NCBI GenBank assembly: GCA_963677485.1
Contig: OY781964.1
Span: forward strand, 992,001-1,056,000
Direction: 5' to 3'
DNA: 64,000 bases
From: Armatimonadota bacterium
Lineage (GTDB): Bacteria; Armatimonadota; HRBIN16
The translations under genes were made by a program, and so were the position numbers. The notes under the pieces are model-generated. The model was not told where the DNA came from. It made no database searches and saw only the letters and a list, made by a program, of their open reading frames with translations. Shown in pieces: positions 46,265 to 56,439 of the stretch (positions are counted from its first letter, which is position 1; each line of letters begins with the position of its first letter).

Positions 46265-48603
46265 TCCCGGCATCGGCCATTGACGGCGCGGCGAACAAGA
46301 TACCGGAGAACTGGGTCATCAAGTCCGAGCCGGGTAGCAAAGCCAAAGCAAGCTGGGTCTACGACCCCAAGTCCGGCTATGACCGAAGGGGCTCGCTCAA
46401 CCTCACAGTGGACGCGAATCCGCGAGAGGCCTGGCTGCGGCTGGAGGTCACAGGTTACCCGCTCAAGAAGGGCCACGAATACACCGTCGAACTGGCACTG
46501 AAAGCTTCGATCTCAGGCTACATGAAGTTCTTCCCGCTGCTCTTTCCTGGCCGCACATTCCTGGGTGATGAGAACTTCATCTTCAGTTACCCTGCGCGCT
46601 CTAACTTCGCACGTCAGTTGCGGATGGCCTCGGACGTGGGTGTTCACGACTATCAAATAGTGTTCACCGTGCCACCGCTGGACGACCCCTCTTATGAAGA
46701 GTATTTCAAGGGGTTGGACCGCTCAATGGAGCTGATCACCCAAGCGGATAAGCAGGCGCAGGTCAACATCCGCATCGGCTGCCAGCCTCCGTTGTGGTGG
46801 TTCGGGAAATACCCTCAAGAGCTGGAGACGATCAGCAACGGGGTGACCAGATACCCGGCGCCGTCCTCGCTGCTCTGGCAGGAGTATGTGCGAACGGGGC
46901 TCGCGGCGGCCGTAAAGCGGATCGAACGAGACTGGGGATCGGTGGTCTCCACCTATTTCCCCAGTGCCATGGAGACCGGCGAGTGGTTCTACCCCGTATG
47001 GAACTGGGATGGCGCCATGCCGGGCAGCGGTGAGGTCACGCGCAAGGGCTTCATCCGATGGCTGCAGGCGAAATACCAAAGTCTGCAAGCGCTATCGGCG
47101 GCTTGGGGTTTTGGTGTCACCAGTTTCGACACTATTCAGCTTCCGACGGCCGCTCAACGGCGTGAGAGCCAGTTGGGTGAGTTTTATCATCCCACTAAAG
47201 AACAAAACAAAATCGACTTCGTGGAGTTCTACAATGACGCCATGGCGGATGGTGTGATCTTGTGCGCGAAAGTGATCAAGGAGGCCTGCAACCGCAAGAA
47301 GAAGGTGATGGCGTTCCACGGTTATCTGCATGAGCTCTCGGGTGCTCCATCTGGGTTGAACCACAGCGGACATCTTAATGTAAGCAGGCTGCTGAACTGC
47401 CCTGATCTGGATATCATCGCCTCGCCGTATGGGTATGGTGACAGGGAGTTGGGCGGGATCGGTGCCTTCCATGGCCCGGTGGACGCTTATCAAGCCTATG
47501 GTAAGCAGTATTACGGCGAGGATGACACCACCACCCACCGGTGCCCGGCCGCACCCCCGAACTACCGATGGTGCAACGACATCAAGCAGACCCAGAGCAT
47601 GCACACCCGCAACTTTGGGCAGAATTACTCCCGCGGCTTCGGCAGTTGGTATATGGACTTGATCGACGCCGGCTGGCTGCTTGACACCGACATCTGGGAG
47701 AACGTCGGTAAGCTGCACCGTTACTGGCAGGAGCACCCGGTGGAACAGAACCAATACAAGCCCGAGATCGTGATGCTCGTAGATGAGCGTAGTCCGCTGT
47801 ATATGCGGCCAGACTCCAAGGTACTCGGTCACCTGCATGGGCGAGAAATCAAGAATCCAGTGGCGTCTATCGGTGCTCCTGTGGGCTGGTCAACACTCCA
47901 GGCATTCCTGGACGGCAAGGTTCCTGCGGCCAAAATGTATGTTTTCGCCAGCGTCTTCGCTCTGTCAAAACGCGAGCGTGCGAAAATCCAGGCGACTCTA
48001 GCCAACCAAAAAGCCACCGCCGTTTGGCTGTATGCGCCAGGTTATATCGACATCGAGGACAGGCTAGCCAGCGAAGAGAACATGAAGGCACTGACGGGGT
48101 TTGACTTCACTGCGGAGCCTGCCTGTACGGACAAACTCATGCCCTCGGGCAACTCGCAGTTAGCCGCAGGCTATACCAAGGAGTTTGGATCCATGGAGCC
48201 GTCTTTAGCCCAGCATTGGCATGTGGATGCCAGCGGCATGATCCCCATGGCGCAATATCCGGCATCTGGACACACCGGCATGGCGGCGTTGGATGCGTCG
48301 CCGGATCGTCCCTGGAGGTCGGTGTATGTCGGCTCTCTGAATGTGCCGGCCACACTGCTGCGGAATATCGCAAAATGGTCAGGCGTTCATATCTACGATG
48401 ACACGGATGACATCATCATCGGCAGCGGGGATTTCCTGTGTCTGCACGCCGCATCGGACGGCAACAAGACCATCACGCTGAAGCACAAGGCGATGGTGTA
48501 TGACTGCATCAGCGGCAAACCCATGGGCCACGCCGCTTCGGCCAAGTTCGAGGTCAAGATCAAAAAGGGCGAAACGAGGCTGTTCCACCTTAGCAGCAAG
48601 TAA
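46261..48603 (+). CDS. Beta-galactosidase-like (GH42-related) protein
   Basis: PP.WW...YP.E, ETGEW.Y, F..WL..KY..L..L..AWG, SPY.Y..R and EDDT.T. Confidence 0.72.
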   Translation: MIPASAIDGAANKIPENWVIKSEPGSKAKASWVYDPKSGYDRRGSLNLTVDANPREAWLRLEVTGYPLKKGHEYTVELALKASISGYMKFFPLLFPGRTFLGDENFIFSYPARSNFARQLRMASDVGVHDYQIVFTVPPLDDPSYEEYFKGLDRSMELITQADKQAQVNIRIGCQPPLWWFGKYPQELETISNGVTRYPAPSSLLWQEYVRTGLAAAVKRIERDWGSVVSTYFPSAMETGEWFYPVWNWDGAMPGSGEVTRKGFIRWLQAKYQSLQALSAAWGFGVTSFDTIQLPTAAQRRESQLGEFYHPTKEQNKIDFVEFYNDAMADGVILCAKVIKEACNRKKKVMAFHGYLHELSGAPSGLNHSGHLNVSRLLNCPDLDIIASPYGYGDRELGGIGAFHGPVDAYQAYGKQYYGEDDTTTHRCPAAPPNYRWCNDIKQTQSMHTRNFGQNYSRGFGSWYMDLIDAGWLLDTDIWENVGKLHRYWQEHPVEQNQYKPEIVMLVDERSPLYMRPDSKVLGHLHGREIKNPVASIGAPVGWSTLQAFLDGKVPAAKMYVFASVFALSKRERAKIQATLANQKATAVWLYAPGYIDIEDRLASEENMKALTGFDFTAEPACTDKLMPSGNSQLAAGYTKEFGSMEPSLAQHWHVDASGMIPMAQYPASGHTGMAALDASPDRPWRSVYVGSLNVPATLLRNIAKWSGVHIYDDTDDIIIGSGDFLCLHAASDGNKTITLKHKAMVYDCISGKPMGHAASAKFEVKIKKGETRLFHLSSK

Positions 48604-48610
48604 ACGACGT

Positions 48611-48677
48611 GTAGGGGCGGGGTCACGCCGCCCTGAGGAATGTATACCGCCCCAGGGCGGGGTGACCCCGCCCCTAC
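48611..48677. repeat. Inverted GTAG REP doublet (REPIN-like) between convergent genes
   Basis: GTAGGGGCGGGGTCACGCCGCCCTG ... CAGGGCGGGGTGACCCCGCCCCTAC. Confidence 0.85.
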
Positions 48678-48791
48678 AACGGTTCAATGTCGATCACAGA
48701 TGACGCCGATATTAATACATAATCTGCGTCATCTGTGTCATCTGTGGATCAATAATCCCTTTGCACACTTGCGCCTTTGCGTTGGAAATAT

Positions 48792-50477
48792 TCACCGGCT
48801 CTCGATCGCAATCCGCGCCCAGTAGCCGGCTTCGCAAAACCATTCGGTGGGCTGGTTCAACAGCGACAGCTTGATGGTCTTCCCAGCAAATGGGGTGAGG
48901 TCTACCGCTACCTCCATCCAGCCGTCGTTCGTGGTCTCTTTGCTGACGGCCTTCTTGAGCAATTCTTGCTCACCCGCTTTCACGATCAGCTCCCAGTCCC
49001 CGCCAGGATGGTTGGCGACTAATAGCTTCAGTGTAGTAGTCTTACCGGCCGGTATCTTCACCGACTTGCTGAGGATGCAGGGAACCGCGCGATCCATCGG
49101 ATGCGTCACCATCACGTTGGTCTGACCGCGCTCCTGTGCACGAAGCCCTGGGTTCATGTCAGGCCCACACTGCGATATCTTCCAGCCGGGTGCAAACACG
49201 GCCATGCCCTTCTTGGCCGCCTCAGGAGCACCCAACACGGTGATTTTGGCCATCTCGGCATCGCCGAACCGGCTGTTGGCGATCGCCCCGGGTGCCCAAC
49301 TGAGCTCCAGTGCTGAGGGTTTAGCCGCTTTGATGGGTATCAGCATGATCTCTTCACCGTTCTGATCGGTCGTGATGCGTCCGCCCTGCTTTCGCAGCCA
49401 CTTTCTGGCGAGGCTGTCGCAGACCTTCACAAGCCCTGGCACGTTGTAGCTGGTGTAGCTGAAGTTGGTCTTGTTATCAAGCTCGCGTTTGTATTCGTCG
49501 GGCAGCTTGGAGAAGCCAATGGAGGCGCACAGCACACCTGCCGCACTGGATGGGTTGCAGTCGGAATCGAGCCCGCAGCGGCAGGATATCTCGATGGTTT
49601 TCGCGATATCGCCCTGTCCATACAGCAAGCCCATCAGCACATAGGCCCCGTTGATCTTGCAGTCGATACCGCCATTCGAGGATTTCTGGAACTCCGGGTC
49701 CTGGCGGTATTTCTGCTGGCATTGTTGCCAGGTAACCTGCCAGTCGGCGTTCTGCTTTGACCACAGCAGCATATCCCTGGCCATCTGCGCGTATTGGCTC
49801 TCGGCTGGGATGCACTGCAACCCAGCCTCCACGATCTTGCGTATGTCGGTCTCAAAGAACGCAGCCGAATACATGCCTCCCATGAACTGCCCGGCGTAGA
49901 CGCCGTCGCCGTAGTTCATGAGATGGCCGAACTTTTCGCCTAATTGGATCGGCACATTGGGCATGCCAGGGCCGATCAGCCCGGAGTAATCGGCCTCAAT
50001 CTGGTAGTCGATGTCATTCGGGCACTTGTTGAACTTGGGGTGACCCGAATCGGGAGGCGCGATACCGCTGCGCAGATTCGTCCGGCCTGCATTATTAGCA
50101 CACCACAGACCATACTGGCTGTTGGCGAAGTCGATGCCTGCCTGACGCATGGACACGTTCAAGCCATGCTGCTCCAGAGTTCGCAGGAAAGTCATTTCCA
50201 CATACAGATCATCCTGACCAAACGCATCGTTGATCATCTTGGGTGACCACTTCGGCATCTCGGCTTCCGGCATGATCCTGTCGGCATACTTGAACTCAGT
50301 GGGAGCGCCCTGGGATACGCCGGCGATCTGCCCGATCCAGCCGCCCATCATCTTGTCGCGATACTCCGATACGGGTAGGCGCAGATACTGTGGGGCCGCA
50401 GATAAGGCATCAGCCAACGCGAGCATGAGTGCGATACCAATGAGCGTTGCATTTAATGTTTTGTTATTTAATACCAT
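48792..50477 (-). CDS. ADP-ribosylglycohydrolase-family protein with signal peptide and C-terminal beta-sandwich
   Basis: G.W.GQ.AGV..GAP.E, QDDLY.E, QIEAD and G.DSDCN. Confidence 0.88.
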   Translation of the reverse strand: MVLNNKTLNATLIGIALMLALADALSAAPQYLRLPVSEYRDKMMGGWIGQIAGVSQGAPTEFKYADRIMPEAEMPKWSPKMINDAFGQDDLYVEMTFLRTLEQHGLNVSMRQAGIDFANSQYGLWCANNAGRTNLRSGIAPPDSGHPKFNKCPNDIDYQIEADYSGLIGPGMPNVPIQLGEKFGHLMNYGDGVYAGQFMGGMYSAAFFETDIRKIVEAGLQCIPAESQYAQMARDMLLWSKQNADWQVTWQQCQQKYRQDPEFQKSSNGGIDCKINGAYVLMGLLYGQGDIAKTIEISCRCGLDSDCNPSSAAGVLCASIGFSKLPDEYKRELDNKTNFSYTSYNVPGLVKVCDSLARKWLRKQGGRITTDQNGEEIMLIPIKAAKPSALELSWAPGAIANSRFGDAEMAKITVLGAPEAAKKGMAVFAPGWKISQCGPDMNPGLRAQERGQTNVMVTHPMDRAVPCILSKSVKIPAGKTTTLKLLVANHPGGDWELIVKAGEQELLKKAVSKETTNDGWMEVAVDLTPFAGKTIKLSLLNQPTEWFCEAGYWARIAIESR

Positions 50478-50916
50478 GATCGTTTACTGCCCCCTTGTCT
50501 TCTACACTGTATTGATCGTGTGTCCGCATATACTCGGCGGGTGTGAGTATAGTAACGCCTTCAACTACCTTGCCAAACAGCAGACCGAAATGCTGTTTAT
50601 CACCGGTGAGTAATACCGTACACGTGGCAGCTATGGCCGCAGAAAGTATAGGTGCGTCCTTATCCGCCAGTACGATGTGGCTCGGCAGCCGTGACATGGG
50701 TAAGGTACCAGCCACAATCTCCATATGCTCGAGCAGACACTCTAGCACTGAGAGATTTAACGGCCGATGAACCTGCAGGTTTCTCCTGGCTTCTTCTACA
50801 GCACACATTGACGAAACGAGCGTCACACCAGGCAGCTCCCACAAACGCCGTATACCAGATTCCGGTCGGTAAGCCGCTGAGAACATGATGTTGGCGTCCA
50901 AAAACACCTGGTCCAA
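50464..50916 (-). CDS. PIN-domain toxin (VapC-like)
   Basis: VFLDANI, EEARRN, KDAPIL.AA and LLTGD..HF. Confidence 0.9.
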   Translation of the reverse strand: MDQVFLDANIMFSAAYRPESGIRRLWELPGVTLVSSMCAVEEARRNLQVHRPLNLSVLECLLEHMEIVAGTLPMSRLPSHIVLADKDAPILSAAIAATCTVLLTGDKQHFGLLFGKVVEGVTILTPAEYMRTHDQYSVEDKGAVNDHGIK

Positions 50917-51228
50917 CTATGAATCCTGCCAAGATTTGGAGTGTGGAATGGCGTCAGGATCGAGACCCAATGCCCTTACCTCAGCTTTGGCATCATCGTA
51001 GTCCTGCGCATCCACAGCATTACTAAGCAAAAACTCCGCCACTCTCTCAGGTGAATACACCTCGACGGGGACTGCTACTGCGGGACGGATGAAAATGCCG
51101 TCACCTAGTTCCTCGGCAATGATCAGCGTCCCTTCGTGGATGCCAAATCGCTTTCTGAGTCGGGCCGGTATCACCATCGACCCTCGCTTCCCCACTTTAC
51201 TCGTCTCGATATTGGGAGTGTTATCCAT
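50917..51228 (-). CDS. AbrB/MazE/SpoVT-family antitoxin
   Basis: KVGKRG..VIPA.LRKRFGI.EG and G.FIRP. It abuts the PIN gene. Confidence 0.9.
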   Translation of the reverse strand: MDNTPNIETSKVGKRGSMVIPARLRKRFGIHEGTLIIAEELGDGIFIRPAVAVPVEVYSPERVAEFLLSNAVDAQDYDDAKAEVRALGLDPDAIPHSKSWQDS

Positions 51229-51474
51229 TCTTTACCTGCCTGAATGTTTGATTATCGGGCACATATTCATTATGATCTACATGCTGATATGGGGTCAAGC
51301 CTTCTGGGAGCTGGAAGCGGTACATGACTTTGCAACCAGTATTAATAGTGGGAGCTGGATATGGTGAGAACCTCTTTACCTGGCGTAACACAACCATCGA
51401 ATCTCGACCAAAACATGGTATACAGTATGTTAGGTAGCAATTGATGCTGAACCCACCCAAACACCGGAGGCCAT

Positions 51475-52827
51475 ATGAAGCGAAGTAACTGGACCGAGCA
51501 AGCCTGGATGACCATATCCCTAGGCAGCCTGCTGATTGAGCAGATGCAAAACCGCGACGAGGGTAAACAAATCCCCATCGAGGTGCAAAATCAAATAGAA
51601 GAGCTGCTTAAGGCGGACTGGTCCGTTGACGGTAAAGTGGAGGCTGGAGAAGCTCTTCTCGATCGTATCTCGGAACTGCCCATTCGTCCAGACTTCCCAT
51701 ACCATGAGCCCAGTGACCGTGAAGGCATCGCCGCAGCCGCAGCTCACAACCCTGAGATGGCGGTATCCGATAATCTGGCCTTCCTGGAGGACCGCGTATA
51801 CGGCGGCTGGCTGGGACGCGCAGCCGGATGCCTGCTGGGTAAGCCGGTGGAGGGTTGGAGCAGCCAGATGATACGTAAATATCTGGAAAGCCAGGGAGAA
51901 TGGCCGCTATGCGACTACTTCAGCATGACGGTCAGCGATGAGATCGCCGCGGAGTGCAATCTCAAGCAGTTAAGTCCACGCCTATTCCGCGAACATATGA
52001 GCGGAATGGTGGAGGACGACGACACCAACTACACCACGGTGGGGCTTGCCGTGCTCACGCAATATGGCCGAGGCTTTACCCCCCAGCAGATGGGCATTTT
52101 CTGGATGCAGAACATCCCCCTACTGCACCTCTGCACAGCGGAGCGAATCGCTTTTCTGAACATGGTCGCGGGGATTGAACCGCCGGAATCCGCCAGTTAT
52201 CGCAACGTCTGCCGCGAGTGGATCGGCGCACAGATCCGCGCAGACGCCTTCGGTTACGTCAACCCTGGTAAACCGGCCGAAGCAGCCGATATGGCCTGGC
52301 GTGACGCCTCCATCAGCCATGTCAAGAACGGCATCTACGGCGAGATGTGGGTGGCCGCGATGATCGCCTCCGCTTTCGTCCACGATCAGCCCGAGCAGGT
52401 CATCCTAGCCGGCTTGAACGAGATACCGGCCGAATGCCGGTTGAGTGCGGCGGTACGGCACATTATCGAACTCCATCATGCAGGAGTGACATATGATGAG
52501 GCCATTGCCGACATCCGCACCCGCTGGAATGAGCGCATCGGCCACCACTGGTGCCACACCATCAGCAATGCCGAGATCGTGTGTGTCGGGCTGCTGTGGG
52601 GCGGTCTCGACTTCGAGAAGAGCCTCTGCTACGCCGTAATGCCCGGTCTGGACACCGACTGCAACGGCGCCACGGTCGGCAGCGTACTGGGCGTGATGCT
52701 GGGAGCGAAGGCACTGCCGGACAAGTGGACCAATCCGCTGAATGACAGCCTCGAAACCGGAGTGGCAGGGTATCACCACTTGAGGTTATCCGAGATGGCC
52801 GCGCACACCGTGAAGTGCATAGGATAA
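51475..52827 (+). CDS. ADP-ribosylglycohydrolase-family protein (cytoplasmic)
   Basis: GGWLGR.AGCLLGKPVE, EDDDTNYT, EWIGAQIRAD and G.DTDCNGAT.G. Confidence 0.92.
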   Translation: MKRSNWTEQAWMTISLGSLLIEQMQNRDEGKQIPIEVQNQIEELLKADWSVDGKVEAGEALLDRISELPIRPDFPYHEPSDREGIAAAAAHNPEMAVSDNLAFLEDRVYGGWLGRAAGCLLGKPVEGWSSQMIRKYLESQGEWPLCDYFSMTVSDEIAAECNLKQLSPRLFREHMSGMVEDDDTNYTTVGLAVLTQYGRGFTPQQMGIFWMQNIPLLHLCTAERIAFLNMVAGIEPPESASYRNVCREWIGAQIRADAFGYVNPGKPAEAADMAWRDASISHVKNGIYGEMWVAAMIASAFVHDQPEQVILAGLNEIPAECRLSAAVRHIIELHHAGVTYDEAIADIRTRWNERIGHHWCHTISNAEIVCVGLLWGGLDFEKSLCYAVMPGLDTDCNGATVGSVLGVMLGAKALPDKWTNPLNDSLETGVAGYHHLRLSEMAAHTVKCIG

Positions 52828-52908
52828 CGTTCCCGTCCTGGGGCGTCCTCTGGACGCCCAAAGCCACAGCACCACACGAGTTTCGCTGTTGAACTGGAGC
52901 AATTGGTG

Positions 52909-53502
52909 ATGAATAATCCGATCATAAAGTGTCTTCGCCTTTACCAGCTATTCATCGTGTTTCTATTGTTGCCGGCTAAAGCACATGCTGATATCGGCGT
53001 ACCGATGATATTTATCACTGCACCTGGAATGCTTGCAGCTCTCATTCCGATCATCTTAATCGAAGGTGTTGTGATGTCAAAACAACTGGCGATCACACTT
53101 ACACAATCCCTTAAAGCTGCTTTCTATGGAAACATCGTATCAACAATTGTAGGCATTCCCGTGACCTGGGTGGCGCTGGTTGCCATTCAACTCTGCACTG
53201 GCGGAGGAGGTGCATATGGCCTTGACAGCCCTCTTAAACAGTTTCTTGCTGTCACTTGGCAGGCTCCATGGCTAATCCCCTATGAACCTGAATTGAAATG
53301 GATGATTCCTTCGGCAACTTTTTTCTTATTAGTGCCGTTTTTCTTTGTTTCTTGGAGGATAGAATACAAAGTTGCGAATAGACTACTGAAGGAAATAGAC
53401 CAAACGCAACTCAATGCTGCTGTCCGAAACGCAAATCTCGTCAGTTATGGTCTGCTTGCATTGATTGTGCTGGGATTCTTGTATATGGCGATCACAACAT
53501 AA
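52909..53502 (+). CDS. Hypothetical integral membrane protein (lower GC than flanks)
   Basis: Signal-like AHA-D site, 4-5 TM helices, and IE / N..S motifs repeated twice. Confidence 0.7.
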   Translation: MNNPIIKCLRLYQLFIVFLLLPAKAHADIGVPMIFITAPGMLAALIPIILIEGVVMSKQLAITLTQSLKAAFYGNIVSTIVGIPVTWVALVAIQLCTGGGGAYGLDSPLKQFLAVTWQAPWLIPYEPELKWMIPSATFFLLVPFFFVSWRIEYKVANRLLKEIDQTQLNAAVRNANLVSYGLLALIVLGFLYMAITT

Positions 53503-53539
53503 TGAAGCCGCACACCAAAGTGTCATCTGGAGGGTGAAT

Positions 53540-54823
53540 ATGTTGAAATTATCGTTACTAATCCTGGTGCTGCTTCTCGCGGCCAACTGCTGCCTCGCGG
53601 TCACCATCAACCCTCGCGAATACGGCGCGGTGGGGGATGGCAAGACCGATGACACCGCCGCTTTTCAAAAGGCGATTGACGAAGCTGCCAAGGGTGGCGG
53701 AACCGTGGTCTTCGCTCCGAAAGGCGAATACCTGATCGCAGGCACCATTGTGGTGCGTCCCAACACTACGCTGAAAGGTGAGTATTCAGGGCCAGGGGGC
53801 AACCGTGGGACGATCCTGCTGGCAACCGGCGGAAAAGGCCGCATTGACGGAAAAGGCTGCATCTATATGCAAGGCGGGAGCAGTGTCACCAACATCTCCA
53901 TCCGCTACCCCGAACAGGTCACCGACGCCGACCGTCCCATCCCGTATCCCTACGCCATCACGATGGACGGTTACACGCGTTTGGAGGAGATATTCCTGCT
54001 CAATCCTTACCTTGGCATTAACACCGACGGAGCACATGCCAACATGATCCGCAATGTGTGGGGTGAACCACTTAAAACAGGCATCAATGCCAACCACATC
54101 CACGACATCAGCCGCATCGAGAACGTACACTTCTGGCCGTACTACACCAACGATAAGCCGAAGCTGCGAGAGTGGGTGCAGCAGAACGGCATCGCCTTCC
54201 AGTTCGGACGCTCCGACTGGCAGTATGTGGTCAACACATTTTGTTATGGATACCATACCGGCTACAGGTTCTACCATACGGATGCCGTCAAGGATACACC
54301 GCTGCTGGGCGGCACCACCAACGGCAACTTCGTGGGGATAGGTGCCGACCGATGTATTATCGGGATCGATGTGGAGGACAGCTTCAACATAGGCATCAGC
54401 ATCGTCAACGGTGAGTTCGCGCCTTTCGGTGCCAGTGACTCGCAGGGGATATGGCTGCGCAAAGGCAATACCGGTAACCTGACGCTGGTGAACTGCAACT
54501 TCTGGGCGATTCCCAATGTGGTGGCTCAAATGGAGGACGGTTCACTGAACATGTCGGCGTGCAACATCCAAGAGTGGGCTCTGCACAGACCTAAACAGCC
54601 GGCGTTCGTGCTGACTGGCGGCCGGCTCAACGTCAACGGATGCACCTTCAACCAAAACGGCTACCTGGCCAGCCTTGATGGCAAACAAAGCAAAGCGCTA
54701 TTCACTGCCAATATAGGTCAGAACAAACTGACCGTGCTCAACAAAATCGGCAACCGCGCGGTCTTTGGCGCGAACAACCCTTCAGTGACGCTTTTGAAAG
54801 CTTCGCCAGAAACGGGGGAGTAG
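53540..54823 (+). CDS. Pectate_lyase_3/GH28-related beta-helix protein
   Basis: Signal peptide and YGAVGDGKTDDTAAFQKAID...P.G.Y. GGAGG RBS. Confidence 0.85.
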   Translation: MLKLSLLILVLLLAANCCLAVTINPREYGAVGDGKTDDTAAFQKAIDEAAKGGGTVVFAPKGEYLIAGTIVVRPNTTLKGEYSGPGGNRGTILLATGGKGRIDGKGCIYMQGGSSVTNISIRYPEQVTDADRPIPYPYAITMDGYTRLEEIFLLNPYLGINTDGAHANMIRNVWGEPLKTGINANHIHDISRIENVHFWPYYTNDKPKLREWVQQNGIAFQFGRSDWQYVVNTFCYGYHTGYRFYHTDAVKDTPLLGGTTNGNFVGIGADRCIIGIDVEDSFNIGISIVNGEFAPFGASDSQGIWLRKGNTGNLTLVNCNFWAIPNVVAQMEDGSLNMSACNIQEWALHRPKQPAFVLTGGRLNVNGCTFNQNGYLASLDGKQSKALFTANIGQNKLTVLNKIGNRAVFGANNPSVTLLKASPETGE

Positions 54824-54877
54824 AAGGTCGGTCATGTGGGCGAGGTGACCCCGCCCTGGGCACGGCACGCCATGCCC

Positions 54878-56149
54878 CTACCCGCCATCCTGCACACGTT
54901 TGGCTGCACCTTCGGCGGCCACCCAGCCGGTGCTCCAGGCGGCCATCAGGTTGTACCCGCCGGTGATGGCGTCGACATCGATCACTTCCCCACACAGGAA
55001 CAGCCCATCGACCAGTTTGCTCATCATGGTGCGCGGGTCGATCTCCTTGATATTTACCCCGCCGGAGGTGACTATCGCCTCATCGGCCGGGCGAAGCGCC
55101 TTCACGTGCAGCGTCATCTGCTTCAAGTGCGCGATCATCTGACGGCGCTGGCCCAGGGTGATTCGGCTCATCGGGGTGTCATGCGGGATGCCGTTCAGCA
55201 GCAAAAACGGCTGGATCAAGCTGCGCGGCAGCAGCTCGGGAAGGTAGTTCACAATCCACTTCGCTCCCACCAGTTCGCGGATCAGACGGGCATCGATCGT
55301 CGCCTCATCCAGTGCGGGTTTGAGGTCGATGGTCAGCATCACCTTGCCCTGTTCCAGCAGCGCAGGCACCTGCCGTGAGAGCGTCAAGATCACCGGTCCG
55401 CTCACGCCGAAGTGCGTGAACAACAGCTCACCGAACTCCTGCGCCACGCGGTGACGGTTGCCCTCTTCATCTAAACTATACAACCGTGCTTTCACGTTCT
55501 TAAGCGTCAACCCCTGAGCCATGGCTGGCCAGCTTTCCACGGTCACCATGCCGGTCAGGCTGGGGTAGATTGGCTCAATGGTGTGGCCTGCCTGCTCCGC
55601 CATCCCGTAACCATCGCCCGTGCTGCCGGTCAGCGGGTAACTCACGCCGCCCGTGCAGATCGCCACACAGGGTGCAGTGACCACGCGGTTTCCCAGCTTC
55701 ACCCCCGCGATGCGGCCATCTGCGATCTGCAGACCGCCCACACGCGTGTCGGTGACGATCTGCGCTTTCGCCTTGCGGACGAAACGCTCCAGAGCGTAGA
55801 CCACGTCTTCGGCCTCGTCGCTTTCGGGGAACACACGCCCGCCGCGCTCCACTTTAGTGGGCACACCGAGTTTGAGCAGCAGCTCGCGGATGTGGCTGCC
55901 TCCGAATTTGGTCAAGGGCCCATATAAGAACCGGCCGTTCGTGCCAAACGCCGCGATGGTGGTAGGCATGTCGGAGTCGCTGCACACGTTGCATCGGCCT
56001 TTACCGGCGATGGCGAGTTTCCGCCCCACCCTAGGGCCGCGCTCCAGCAGCAGCACCTTCAACCCCAGTTCGGCGGCGTGCCCGGCGCAAATTAGCCCCG
56101 AAGCACCCCCGCCGATGACGATCAGATCAGCATCATATTTGTTTTCCAT
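54878..56149 (-). CDS. HI0933/YhiN/BaiN-family flavoprotein
   Basis: IGGGASG, GRKL...GKGRCN, GRVFP, TGSTGDG, LFTHFG.SGP and TGGYN. Confidence 0.93.
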   Translation of the reverse strand: MENKYDADLIVIGGGASGLICAGHAAELGLKVLLLERGPRVGRKLAIAGKGRCNVCSDSDMPTTIAAFGTNGRFLYGPLTKFGGSHIRELLLKLGVPTKVERGGRVFPESDEAEDVVYALERFVRKAKAQIVTDTRVGGLQIADGRIAGVKLGNRVVTAPCVAICTGGVSYPLTGSTGDGYGMAEQAGHTIEPIYPSLTGMVTVESWPAMAQGLTLKNVKARLYSLDEEGNRHRVAQEFGELLFTHFGVSGPVILTLSRQVPALLEQGKVMLTIDLKPALDEATIDARLIRELVGAKWIVNYLPELLPRSLIQPFLLLNGIPHDTPMSRITLGQRRQMIAHLKQMTLHVKALRPADEAIVTSGGVNIKEIDPRTMMSKLVDGLFLCGEVIDVDAITGGYNLMAAWSTGWVAAEGAAKRVQDGG

Positions 56150-56175
56150 TACTTACAGTGTACTGTACCGTGGTA

Positions 56176-56405
56176 GGAGACTGGCGGAGGAGACAGGAGA
56201 TAGGAGGGGAGGAGTCAGGAGGAGAGGAGTCAGGAGACAGGACGGGAGTAATCGGAACGTCTTACTCGTCATTTTAAGGTTCATTAATACCACGAACATC
56301 GGACGGATGGGACGGACCGGACCGATGACAATGTGGGATACTCCTACTCTGCTGTCTCCTTCCTCCCGTCTCCTGACTCCTCTTCTCCTTCCTCCTCCCT
56401 CCCCC
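56176..56405. repeat. Inverted pair of purine-rich and pyrimidine-rich heptamer arrays
   Basis: (GGAGTCA/GGAGACA)n at 56176-56250 and the complementary (TCTCCTG/ACTCCT)n at 56339-56405. Confidence 0.75.
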
Positions 56406-56410
56406 GCGTG

Positions 56411-56439
56411 TTGACACATCACCGCACAATTGGTACAAT
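56411..56439 (+). promoter_or_regulatory. Sigma70-type promoter of tig-clpP-clpX
   Basis: TTGACA-17 nt-TACAAT. Confidence 0.8.
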
